From contig JAZSON010000012.1 in assembly GCA_045536965.1 (NCBI GenBank), positions 147,889-211,888 of the forward strand: a stretch of 64,000 nt of DNA. Reading direction: 5' to 3'. A program made the translations under genes and the position numbers. Below are positions 1-8,909 of this stretch, one piece after another; positions within the stretch are counted from its first letter, which is position 1, and every line of letters starts with the position of its first letter. Below the pieces are notes generated by a model that was not told where the DNA came from, made no database searches, and saw only the letters and a list, made by a program, of their open reading frames with translations. Origin of the DNA: Eubacteriales bacterium. GTDB taxonomy: Bacteria; Bacillota; Clostridia; Oscillospirales; SIG627.

Positions 1-2273
1 TCACCATTGACGCCGAACAACTGGTTCCGGGAGACATATTGCTGTTACAGCAAGGGGATATTCTTCCGTGTGATGCCCTTGTTATGTCGCAATCCACGTT
101 GCGCGTTTTAGAAACCAACGTAACGGGAACACGAGTGGCCATGATTAAAAAGGCCCAGAGTGAAATTGTAGGCGAAAAGGACACAAAGCGTCCCTATTTT
201 GAATGTATGCTTTTCGCAGGCACCATCGTCACGGCGGGACAAGCAACCGCATTTGTCTGCAACACGGGTAAAAACGTCTTTGACTATCGCAACGAAAATG
301 TGCGCAAATCCAACAAGCAATACATGCCGCAGATCCACTTAACCTCCATGTTTTTCGCCAAACAAATCTCACTTGTTTGGATCTTGATTTGCTTTTTCAT
401 CTTCGTTGTAGGTGTGGTTCTCAAGCAGGACATCTTTTCCATGTTTTATTTGGCATCCGCCCTCGTCATAGCGGCAGTACCCGAAAGCGTGTCCACCCTC
501 AGTGAATTGGCCATCGCCATGCAAATCGATCGCTTGTATAAAAAAAGATGCATCCTAAAAAACCCCGCCGCCATCGACCGCATGTGTGATGTCAATTGTA
601 TCATTATCAACAGCGGAAAATATTTGTTGCTCGATCATATCGTCCCCGACACCTATACGGTAGACGAGTGGATATACAACTTCAAAGAAGACCCCGAAAA
701 AGCCCGCGATTTATTCACCGTCTGCATGATGACCGCTCCTCCCGATGCTCCCAACGGTCAAAACAGCATTTTATACAACGGAAAAAGCATCGAACCGCCC
801 CTTGCAGAAGCGGCGGCTTCCTTGCAGATCACCCGCAAAAGCGTTTTAAAATCCGCATTCATCGTCTACCGACATTTTGATACCACTACGGGTATATCAG
901 GTGCCGTCGTTCTTAAAAACGAGCGTTACCACATTCTTTCCCGCGGACCGATCAACGCCATTCTTGCTCGTTGCACCCACCGCGAGATAGACGGAAAAAC
1001 CGTCTATATGAACGAAACCGACCGTCTGCGTCTCCGCGATTTGGGTAAAACCATTGCCGACTCCAGTGATCTGGTTATCGCCGTCGCCACCCGCGAAGAA
1101 TCCTCCCTGCCCGAAGGCGGCGTTGCCAAAGATTATACAGGTCTTGTGTTCCGTGGCTTTATCGGATTATATACACCCATTCGAGTCGAAGCGGCAAAAG
1201 CGGTCAATCTGTGCGCCAAAGCCGACATCGATGTCCTTTTGATTACCGATGAATACCCCGAAACCGCTTTCGGTCTCGCCAAAAGCGTTTCTATCGTCCA
1301 AGAGGAAGACCACCAACGCGCCGTAAGCCAACGTGATTATGTCCACATGGACAGAGGTCTTTTCGTTTCGGATCTTCACCGCTATAAAGTGTTTTCCCGC
1401 TTGAACAGCGAACAAAAACAAGAAATCATCCGTTATCACAAAGACGATGGCGACATCGTAGCCGCTGTAACACAGGGACTTGACGACGCTTTCCCGCAAA
1501 TGGAATCGGATATCTCCTTTGTTCAAAGCAGCGAACCGTCGGCCGCCGTCCGTTATACCGCCGATGTTTTAATGCGCACCCGCAGCTTCGAGGTCATCCC
1601 CGAATGTATCCGTTGTGCCCGCAACATTTATCATAACATCCGCCACATGCTGCAATACATTTTCATGTTGCAGTTTGCCCTGATTGCCGTTAGCTTAATT
1701 TCCATATTAACCGAAGGCAAAACCGTCATTTCTCCCGCTCTGCTGATGATATTCGGCGTGGTCATCTGTCTGCCGACAGCCTGTTCCCTCATTATGGAAA
1801 ACGATCCTCGCCAAGCACTGAAACGCCCACCCGGCTATGAAGCGTTGAATCTCAATCCCATCAATCTCTTTTTCATCCCCTTTGTTTGCGGTGCCGCCAT
1901 CGGCATCGTCACCCTGCTCGCCTACCGCTTTGCGCTCATGATGGGCCAAGATGCAAGCGGACAACTTTCAGCCGCAGTCATCACCTTATGCTTAGCAGGA
2001 TTTTTGCTTGTTTTCTCCATGCGACAAGATAACAATATGTTTTTGCATTTCGCTTTTTTCCACACAGCTCTCGGCGTCTCCTTTTTAATCACCTTTGCCA
2101 CTGTATTGCTGATCGTATACCTGCCGCCCATGCATACCCTGCTCGGCACGGCGCCACTGCCCTTTTCAGTCTTTATGGCATCCCTCGGACTGTCCTTGCT
2201 CCCAATGTTTATCAGCGAAATCTTAAAATTTTTTGCCAATCGCATTGATTTATCCCGCAAAAATGCGGTATAA
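1..2273 (+). CDS. P-type cation-transporting ATPase homolog, 5' end cut by window edge, catalytic motifs degenerate
   Basis: The frame of ORF 39..2273 stays open back to nt 3 (TIDAEQLVPGDILLLQQGDILPCDA, an actuator-domain signature). Blocks alignable to P/N domains are present (RGPINAILARC, VFSRLNSEQKQEII, TQGLDDAFP). The C-terminal half is multi-TM. DKTGT, TGES and TGD motifs are not conserved. Confidence 0.75.
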   Translation, partial: TIDAEQLVPGDILLLQQGDILPCDALVMSQSTLRVLETNVTGTRVAMIKKAQSEIVGEKDTKRPYFECMLFAGTIVTAGQATAFVCNTGKNVFDYRNENVRKSNKQYMPQIHLTSMFFAKQISLVWILICFFIFVVGVVLKQDIFSMFYLASALVIAAVPESVSTLSELAIAMQIDRLYKKRCILKNPAAIDRMCDVNCIIINSGKYLLLDHIVPDTYTVDEWIYNFKEDPEKARDLFTVCMMTAPPDAPNGQNSILYNGKSIEPPLAEAAASLQITRKSVLKSAFIVYRHFDTTTGISGAVVLKNERYHILSRGPINAILARCTHREIDGKTVYMNETDRLRLRDLGKTIADSSDLVIAVATREESSLPEGGVAKDYTGLVFRGFIGLYTPIRVEAAKAVNLCAKADIDVLLITDEYPETAFGLAKSVSIVQEEDHQRAVSQRDYVHMDRGLFVSDLHRYKVFSRLNSEQKQEIIRYHKDDGDIVAAVTQGLDDAFPQMESDISFVQSSEPSAAVRYTADVLMRTRSFEVIPECIRCARNIYHNIRHMLQYIFMLQFALIAVSLISILTEGKTVISPALLMIFGVVICLPTACSLIMENDPRQALKRPPGYEALNLNPINLFFIPFVCGAAIGIVTLLAYRFALMMGQDASGQLSAAVITLCLAGFLLVFSMRQDNNMFLHFAFFHTALGVSFLITFATVLLIVYLPPMHTLLGTAPLPFSVFMASLGLSLLPMFISEILKFFANRIDLSRKNAV

Positions 2274-2348
2274 TAGTCCACAGTAAGAAGAACATGTCGA
2301 AAAATTTGCCATGTCACTTAAATTTATTATCTTAGGAGGATATTTATC

Positions 2349-2552
2349 ATGAAAAAAATTACCAAAGAAACCATCATCGGAGATTTGCTGGATCTGGATC
2401 GCGGCTGTGCTCAATTTTTCCTTGAAATCGGTATGCATTGTCTGGGTTGCCCCGCTTCCCGCGGCGAAACCATCGAGCAAGCATGTGCAGTTCACGGCAC
2501 CGATGCCGACGAATTGGTAGAAAAACTCAACGATTATTTTGAAAACAACTGA
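2349..2552 (+). CDS. DUF1858-type small redox-disulfide domain protein (hybrid-cluster-protein-associated family)
   Basis: 67 aa with IGDLL...FFLEIGMHCLGCPASRGETIEQAC..HG, as recalled for the DUF1858 family. An RBS (aggagga) lies upstream. Confidence 0.65.
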   Translation: MKKITKETIIGDLLDLDRGCAQFFLEIGMHCLGCPASRGETIEQACAVHGTDADELVEKLNDYFENN

Positions 2553-2554
2553 GA

Positions 2555-3235
2555 ATGAAGCTTTCTAAACGTCTGTCCGCCCTTGCCCGCTTTATAGAAA
2601 CGGGCATGCGGGTGGCGGATATCGGGACTGACCACGGCTACCTCCCCGCATATCTACTCGCCGAAGGTATCAGTCCGAGAGTATATTGTTGCGATGTTCA
2701 CCCTTTGCCCTTAGAACGCGCCGCACACACCTTTGAAAGCGCCGCGCTCCGTAAGGGCGTTTCTTTTCACTGCGCCAACGGTTTACAAGGATTGCATACG
2801 GGGGACGCCGATGTCATCGTCATCGCAGGCATGGGCGGAGATTTGATTGCCGAAATATTGGAAAACGGTTTTTCAGACGGCAAAAAATACGAAGACCTCC
2901 TCTTTTTATTGCAACCCATGTCCAAAGCAGAAAAACTGCGTGAATATCTTGCTAAAGCAGGCTTTGACCGCATAAAAGAAGAACTTGTTGAGGAAGATAA
3001 AAAAATCTTTCTCATTATGGCCTGCACCTTTGACGGGAAAACAAAATTTTGCAGTGCGGAAGACATTTATTTCGGCCATGATCATTTAAATGATCCCTCC
3101 GATACCGCCGCCCAACATCTTGCACAGTGCTGTGCGCGCTTGGAAACGGCGGCCGCGGGAAAAATCAAGGGCGGCCAAGACGCCTCGCATGAAAAATCTC
3201 TTCTCAATCTCTGCAAAACATACCAAAAACCGTAA
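2555..3235 (+). CDS. trmK: tRNA (adenine22-N1)-methyltransferase TrmK
   Basis: N-terminus MKLSKRLSALARFIETGMRVADIGTDHGYLPAYLL plus DVIVIAGMGG, the classic TrmK/YqfN signature. Confidence 0.8.
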   Translation: MKLSKRLSALARFIETGMRVADIGTDHGYLPAYLLAEGISPRVYCCDVHPLPLERAAHTFESAALRKGVSFHCANGLQGLHTGDADVIVIAGMGGDLIAEILENGFSDGKKYEDLLFLLQPMSKAEKLREYLAKAGFDRIKEELVEEDKKIFLIMACTFDGKTKFCSAEDIYFGHDHLNDPSDTAAQHLAQCCARLETAAAGKIKGGQDASHEKSLLNLCKTYQKP

Positions 3236-3260
3236 AACCAAACCTTACAAAAGATAAAAT

Positions 3261-4682
3261 ATGGGAACTGTATTAAGTTTGATTGCAAAATTAAATGACA
3301 ACGTTATTTGGGGTCTGCCCATGATCATCCTCATGATCGGTACGGGCATATTCTTGACGTTTCTGACCAAAGGTGTTATCTTCACCAAATTCAGGATCGT
3401 CATGCGATATACAACCAAAACCCTCTTCCAAGGTTGATAAATCCACCTTGGAAGAGGGTGCCATTACACCATTCCAAGCCGTCTGTACCGCTTTAGCCGC
3501 CACCGTGGGCACAGGAAACATCGTCGGTGTCGCCTTGGCTATTTCCACAGGTGGACCGGGCGCTGTGTTTTGGTTGTGGATTTCCGCTTTGGTCGGCATG
3601 GTAATAAAATACTGCGAAGTTACACTGTCCCACGCCTATCGCACCACCAACGAAAATGGTGAGATTGTCGGCGGCCCGATGTATTACATATCCAAGGGAT
3701 TGGGTAAAAAGTGGTTGGCCATTCTGTTTGCCCTCTTCGGCAGCTTTGCTTCTTTGGGTATCGGCGCCTCCGTACAAGCGAATGCTTTGGCAGGCGGCGT
3801 GAATTCCACCTTTGAAATTCCTACCTGGGCCATCGGCGTTGTCGTAGCCGCTTTGGGTGGCCTGATTTTCATCGGCGGCATCAAACGCATCGCCACCGTC
3901 ACCGAGTTTTTGGTACCCTTTATGTCTATCCTTTATACAGCAGGCGCGTTGATTGTCTTGGCGGTTAACATCCAAGAAATCCCCGAGGCGTTCGCCCTCA
4001 TTTTGAAAAACACCTTTACCGGCACTGCCGCCACAGGCGGCTTTTTGGGCGCAACGGTTATGTACGCCTGCCGTGTCGGCATGGCGCGCGGTGTATTCAC
4101 CCACGAGGCGGGCATGGGATCCGCTCCCATTGCACACGCATCTGCTTCCGCGACCACCCCGCACGCCAAGGGTTGTGGGGCGCTTTTGAGGTGTTCTTTG
4201 ACTCCATCGTCATGTGCACCATTACCGCCCTTGTTATTCTAACCTCGGGTCTTTGGTGTGATTCCGATTTTGTAAGTGATACCCGCGCCATGAGCTCATA
4301 CGCTTTTGAAAACGCCTTTACAGGCGGTGAGTATATCGTCTCGATCGGCTTGTGCTTGTTTGCTTTTGCAACCATCGTTGCCTGGTACTATTATGGTGAA
4401 AAATGCATCGAATATCTTTCCAAAGGCAACAAGATTGTAAAATTGATTTATCAAATCATCTACACCCTGATGATCTATTGGGGTTGTGTGGCAAGCTTAG
4501 ATGCCGTTTGGGAATTTTCAGATTTATTCAATGGCTTGATGGCCCTTCCCAACCTGATTGCGCTGATCGCGCTTTCGCCCGTCATTAAGCGTTTGAGCCG
4601 CAACTTCTTTCAAACCCCCGATGTCATCCGCCCCCAAAACACCGATTACAGCCATCTGCTTCAAATAAAAGATAAAAAATAA
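3261..4682 (+). pseudogene. Sodium:alanine (AGCS family) symporter gene interrupted by two compensating frameshifts
   Basis: Three collinear pieces. Nt 3261-3437 in frame 3 read MGTVLSLIAKLNDNVIWGLPMIILMIGTGIFLTF...TLFQG, then TGA TAA. ORF 3373..4242 in frame 1 reads ...EGAITPFQAVCTALAATVGTGNIVGVALAISTGGPGAVFWLW... ORF 4173..4682 in frame 3 reads LWGAFEVFFDSIVMCTITALVIL... Joined, they give a full-length AGCS protein. Confidence 0.8.
3421..3458. repeat. Perfect 14-bp inverted repeat (CCCTCTTCCAAGGT / ACCTTGGAAGAGGG) with a 10-nt spacer, at the first AGCS frameshift
   Basis: Read directly from the sequence. The spacer tgataaatcc carries the in-frame TGA TAA stops. Confidence 0.9.
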
Positions 4683-4706
4683 TCCCCCAAAAATCAATTC
4701 ACCGAC

Positions 4707-4740
4707 AAAAAAGGATGTGTAGCAATACACATCCTTTTGG
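4707..4740 (+). terminator. Rho-independent terminator after the AGCS gene
   Basis: aaaaGGATGTGTagcaaTACACATCCtttt stem-loop with a flanking T-run (A-run on the other side, so possibly bidirectional). Confidence 0.6.
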
Positions 4741-4772
4741 TTTATACACAGGCATTTTTATTCGTCTTGTTC

Positions 4773-5477
4773 TTATAAATAAAACGGAAAAACAGTGAAT
4801 TTAAATTTGCCGTCAATCTTTTCAGCCTCATACACATAGGTCTCGTTATGATCGCAAACGCCATCCATGTCTTCATCCCGAAATACAATCATGGTGTAAA
4901 CACGCTTGGTGTTCGTTTCCTCGGTTAAATGAAGCTCTTCGTCTAAAACGGTAATGTCGGCGCCGCGCGCCATATCGGGCGCATATAAAAACCCATCCCG
5001 TTCAACAAACACCGATTCTGTGATCAAACGGCAAATATCATCCGAAAAACAAGAAGACAGTTCACTTTGGAGTTTGTCGGGCGTATCAAAGAGAGCGTCT
5101 GTTACCTTAGAATACGGAATACCCTCCACGTCAATCGTGTCTTCGACATCCAGTTGCAGGGTGCTTGTCCCAAATTCTATCCAACTGTACATCCTGAAAG
5201 CGCGATTATAAAAGGCAAGATGCGCCTCGTCCGCCAATTCACCATAAGGCCCGAAAGGAGAGATAGAATCCTGCGCATCCTTATCTGTGTTGCCGCCGTT
5301 TCCCGCATTCGTGCTTTGTTCGGGAATCCGATCAACATCGGGATTAAAATCACTGGGCGGTACAAGTTCATTGCTTGGAGCATCCACACGCGCTTTCAGC
5401 AACGAACAACCGCCAAGCATAACTAAAAACACAAAAACAAAAAGAAATATCGTTAACTTCTTTAAAACATTTTTCAT
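4773..5477 (-). CDS. Hypothetical lipoprotein
   Basis: Start moved to MKNVLKKLTIFLFVFVFLVMLGGC (signal peptide plus lipobox LGGC), with RBS aaaggtga upstream. The rest has no family I recognise. Confidence 0.55.
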   Translation of the reverse strand: MKNVLKKLTIFLFVFVFLVMLGGCSLLKARVDAPSNELVPPSDFNPDVDRIPEQSTNAGNGGNTDKDAQDSISPFGPYGELADEAHLAFYNRAFRMYSWIEFGTSTLQLDVEDTIDVEGIPYSKVTDALFDTPDKLQSELSSCFSDDICRLITESVFVERDGFLYAPDMARGADITVLDEELHLTEETNTKRVYTMIVFRDEDMDGVCDHNETYVYEAEKIDGKFKFTVFPFYL

Positions 5478-5546
5478 ACGATCACCTTTAAAACGGGAAG
5501 CAAAAAACGAGACTGCCCGAACGGACAACCTCGTTGTTCGACTTTT

Positions 5547-5813
5547 TTACGCATCCAGCCCGTTGAGCTTCTTGGTAAACTGACTCTTTTTTCTGGCAGC
5601 AGCGTTTTTGTGCATGTGTCCGTCTGCAGCGGCCTGATCAACCTTCTTGACAACCACTTTATAGGATTCCATAGCGGCTTCCTTGTTGCCTTCGGCGATG
5701 GCTTTGTCATATTTTTTGCAAGCGGTCTTCAAAGCAGAAATGCTCATCTGGTTCTGCAGAGCTTTCTTTTCAGAAACGATCACTCGCTTTTTGGCAGATT
5801 TAATATTCGGCAA
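5547..5813 (-). CDS. rpsT: 30S ribosomal protein S20
   Basis: PNIKSAKKRVIVSEKKALQNQ...KNAAARKKSQ. A TTG start at 5813 lies 7 nt after AAGGAGG. The upstream GTG of the ORF track sits inside the RBS. Confidence 0.9.
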   Translation of the reverse strand: MPNIKSAKKRVIVSEKKALQNQMSISALKTACKKYDKAIAEGNKEAAMESYKVVVKKVDQAAADGHMHKNAAARKKSQFTKKLNGLDA

Positions 5814-5914
5814 GGGATTCACCTCCTTAACAGGATTGGGTTACATATCGTTACAGTTTGGTATTATACTATGACAAATTGCAAAATGCAAGGTTTTTTT
5901 GAAAAAAAACAAAA

Positions 5915-6820
5915 TTATTTTTCAATAACAGCCTCATCGGGGAAATAGCGACCCAAAAATTCCTGTCCCACATGGTAGGCAACGCGTGCATCCTGAAGGG
6001 CGGAATCGGTCGAAGATTTAAGTTCAAACGAAAGATTGCCGTCAAAATGGTTGTTCGCCAACGCCTGCATCACTCGATCCCAGGGTACGTTTCCCGTAGC
6101 GGGTGGTGCATGCTTGTCGCTTTGCCCGTCATTATCGTGCAAATGCAAAAGTTTCAGATGCGGCCCGAGCATTTCAATCATTTTACAGGGCTCGATAGAC
6201 GGAAATGCCTCTTCCTGCGTCAGATTCACATGTCCTATATCAAGACAGGCAACCGCCGCTTCATCTCCCAAAAAATCAATATACGCAAGCATTTCCTCAG
6301 GCGTTGAACAAACCGTAGGACAAATGCGGCCGCTTTTGTCGCGGTTAAACATATTCTCAACACCCAATTTAACACCGTTTTCCAATAAAAACGGTTTCAA
6401 ATCTCGAAAAAGCGCTTGATTCAGTTTTGCAGCTTTTTTTGCGCCCTTTCCACGAACACACTCGCGTGGAATCGCAGGATGAATGACCAGATAAGGACAA
6501 CCGAGAGAAGCTGTGGCAATAATATCCCGCACGAGAACAGAAAACATCTCTCTCTCGCTCGGCGCCGTCGATGTAAAGGGTGTGGGAATATGGGCGTGAC
6601 ATTGCCCTACCGAAATGCCGAGTTTATCGGCATGCGCCTTCAGATCCGAAAAATAACGACGAAAGGCCGTTTCGTCCATCCCCGTATACAGCAACCCATT
6701 CCGCGGAAATGCCTCCATTGTAAAATCCACGGCAGTATAGCCTATATCGCGAATTTTCTCCAGTCCCGCTTTATCACCATAGGCACTGATAATATACTGT
6801 GTACTAACGGAAAGTTTCAT
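5915..6820 (-). CDS. Sugar phosphate isomerase/epimerase (xylose isomerase-like TIM barrel) family protein
   Basis: 301 aa with the pattern typical of the AP-endonuclease-2/TIM-barrel family (GYTAVDF..., HLHDNDG, FELK). Substrate unknown. Confidence 0.65.
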   Translation of the reverse strand: MKLSVSTQYIISAYGDKAGLEKIRDIGYTAVDFTMEAFPRNGLLYTGMDETAFRRYFSDLKAHADKLGISVGQCHAHIPTPFTSTAPSEREMFSVLVRDIIATASLGCPYLVIHPAIPRECVRGKGAKKAAKLNQALFRDLKPFLLENGVKLGVENMFNRDKSGRICPTVCSTPEEMLAYIDFLGDEAAVACLDIGHVNLTQEEAFPSIEPCKMIEMLGPHLKLLHLHDNDGQSDKHAPPATGNVPWDRVMQALANNHFDGNLSFELKSSTDSALQDARVAYHVGQEFLGRYFPDEAVIEK

Positions 6821-6893
6821 GCAGCCTCCAAAAAGTTTGGGTCATAGATAAAAAGGTACTATCATATAGTGTAAGCGAAAAGTATAGAGTGGA

Positions 6894-7142
6894 TTACTCG
6901 CCCTCGCGAATAATCTGCTCTCTGCAAGCGGGACAAATATATCCCTTGCCAATCGCAACCAAATTCTCGGTTGCGCCGCAAAGAGCACAGCTGCAAGTGC
7001 TCTTGGTCATAACAATGGCATCCCCTTGCAATACAATGTCCAACAAATCATTTTCATGTAAGTTCAGCGCGCGGCGCATATCTTTGGGTAATACAACTCT
7101 GCCGAGAGGATCGATCTGCCGACTGTTCGCCAATGTTTTCAT
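6894..7142 (-). CDS. AbrB/SpoVT-type DNA-binding protein with a C-terminal CxxC...CxxC zinc-ribbon tail
   Basis: Start at MKTLANSRQIDPLGRVVLPKDMRRAL (SpoVT-AbrB swapped-hairpin signature), with RBS agggag upstream. The tail reads CALCGATENLVAIGKGYICPAC. Confidence 0.65.
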   Translation of the reverse strand: MKTLANSRQIDPLGRVVLPKDMRRALNLHENDLLDIVLQGDAIVMTKSTCSCALCGATENLVAIGKGYICPACREQIIREGE

Positions 7143-7280
7143 GTTTTTCTCCCTTTCATTCAAAACGACTCTGTCAAACTTCGCCCTCATTGTATCACGA
7201 AAATAAAACAAAGTCAATCAACTCCTCCGCAAAATTTACATTTTTTTACATTTTTTGTCTTATGAAAGGCAGGCAAACCT

Positions 7281-7865
7281 ATGATCGGAAAAATATTCGG
7301 CGCTCTTGTGACACTTGCCTTTATTTGCGGCAGTGCAACAGGGCGAATGGAAGAAGTAGCCCAAGCAGTGGTCAACGGCGCCGGGCAGGCGGTGGAAATA
7401 ACCCTCGGTCTGCTGGGTGTTTTGGTGTTGTGGAGCGGTATTTTAGGTGTTTTAGAGCGCGCAGGGTTGGTTCAACGCCTTTCTTTGCGATTATCTCCCC
7501 TTATTTTCCTTTTATTCCCCTCTGCCCGTACAACCCCCGCGGCGCGCGATGCCGTTGCCGCGAATATATCCGCCAATTTTTTAGGTCTCGGAAATGCCGC
7601 AACACCCTCGGGCATCGCCGCCATGAAAGCCCTTTCCCAAGGCGAAACATCCACGGCTGACAGTCGTTTATTTGCGTTGATGAACACTGTTCCCTTTCAA
7701 CTTTTGCCTACCACTCTGTTCGCCCTCAGAAGCATGGCGGGGTCCCAAAAGCCTTATATCATACTCGTTCCCGTTTGGATCTGTTCTCTTGCGACAATTT
7801 CGTTTTGTGTGCTCTTCCATAAACTTCTTACCCTCCTTTCCAATCGCAAGAAAAAAGAACCATGA
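7281..7865 (+). CDS. spmA: Spore maturation protein A (nucleoside-recognition membrane protein)
   Basis: MIGKIFGALV...AVVNGAGQAVEITLGLLGVLVLWSGILGVLERAGL, typical of SpmA. Overlaps the next gene by ATGA. Confidence 0.8.
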   Translation: MIGKIFGALVTLAFICGSATGRMEEVAQAVVNGAGQAVEITLGLLGVLVLWSGILGVLERAGLVQRLSLRLSPLIFLLFPSARTTPAARDAVAANISANFLGLGNAATPSGIAAMKALSQGETSTADSRLFALMNTVPFQLLPTTLFALRSMAGSQKPYIILVPVWICSLATISFCVLFHKLLTLLSNRKKKEP

Positions 7866-8383
7866 ATACCATCGCCGCCTACGGCGTGCCCTCCGTACTG
7901 CTGATCGTCGGCCTCTTGCTGTTTTGTGATCGTCTTCCCTTGCTTGACGGTTTTTTCGATGGCGCAAAACGCGGTATTTCCACCGCTCGTTCCCTTTTTC
8001 CCACATTGGTGCTTCTCCTTTGCGGTATTTCTATGCTCCGCGCCTCGGGATTCTTGGACATATTGGCAAAAATTTTGGAAAAACCGCTTTCTTTCATCGG
8101 CGTTCCCGCCGAGCTTTTGCCCCTGCTGGTCATTCGCCCCCTCTCGGGAAGCGGCTCCACCGCACTCGCAAGTGAGTTGTTCTCTTCTTTATCACCCGAT
8201 AGCCGCACAGGGCTCATTGCATCGTTGCTTTTAGGCTCGAGCGATACCGTTTTCTATACCCTTTCGGTCTATTTTGGAGGCGCAGGCATCCGCAAAACAG
8301 GCTGGACGATTCCCATTGCACTGCTTGTGCAACTGTTTTGCTTAGCCGCTTCCATCCTGCTCGTCTCTTGGTTTTGGGATTGA
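7862..8383 (+). CDS. spmB: Spore maturation protein B
   Basis: Membrane protein translationally coupled to spmA. Contains FDGAKRGISTARSLFPTLVLLL...RPLSGSGSTA, typical of SpmB. Confidence 0.8.
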   Translation: MNTIAAYGVPSVLLIVGLLLFCDRLPLLDGFFDGAKRGISTARSLFPTLVLLLCGISMLRASGFLDILAKILEKPLSFIGVPAELLPLLVIRPLSGSGSTALASELFSSLSPDSRTGLIASLLLGSSDTVFYTLSVYFGGAGIRKTGWTIPIALLVQLFCLAASILLVSWFWD

Positions 8384-8434
8384 CAAAAAAAGGAAAGGTG
8401 TGTACAATATCCATATAAAGCGAGGATCAAAAAT

Positions 8435-8872
8435 ATGAAAGAAGTCAATTTATATACCGATGGCGCCTGTTCTGGCAACCCGGGACCGGGCGGATGGGGA
8501 GCCATACTCCGCTTTGGCGATAAAGAAAAAGTCCTTTCAGGCGGCGAAAAGGAAACCACCAACAATCGCATGGAGCTTACCGCGGCCATCCGTGGTTTGG
8601 AAGCGCTGAAAGAACCGTGCGTTGTCAATCTATACAGCGACTCCAAATATTTGGTGGATGCCGTATTGCTCGGATGGCTGGATAAATGGCGCAAGAACAA
8701 CTGGAAAAAATCCGATGGGAAGGCGGCCCTCAATGTCGATCTGTGGCAAGACTTAACACTCCTTCTCAATCGCCACCAAGTAAAATTCATTTGGATCAAA
8801 GGCCATGCAGGCCATCCTGAAAACGAACGGTGTGATTCTTTGGCCGTCTCCGAAATACAAAAGTACAAATAA
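8435..8872 (+). CDS. rnhA: Ribonuclease HI
   Basis: [20 protein letters not shown]...[11 protein letters not shown]...SDSKY...[14 protein letters not shown], covering the DEDD catalytic blocks. Confidence 0.9.
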   Translation: MKEVNLYTDGACSGNPGPGGWGAILRFGDKEKVLSGGEKETTNNRMELTAAIRGLEALKEPCVVNLYSDSKYLVDAVLLGWLDKWRKNNWKKSDGKAALNVDLWQDLTLLLNRHQVKFIWIKGHAGHPENERCDSLAVSEIQKYK

Positions 8873-8873
8873 A

Positions 8874-8896
8874 AACGCCGTCTTCTCGACGGCGTT
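8874..8896. terminator. Bidirectional terminator hairpin between the convergent genes rnhA and the transglutaminase-like gene
   Basis: AACGCCGTCttctcGACGGCGTT, with an A-run on the left that is a T-run on the minus strand. Confidence 0.6.
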
Positions 8897-8909
8897 AGAC
8901 CTCGGCTTA

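Noticed and set aside
3430-3440. Programmed +1 frameshift (prfB-like) at GGT TGA in the AGCS gene.
   Set aside because: A Gly tRNA re-pairing on GUU is unfavourable, and there is no upstream SD-like stimulator at the right distance. A second, opposite shift would also be required about 740 nt later. Mutation or sequencing error is more parsimonious.
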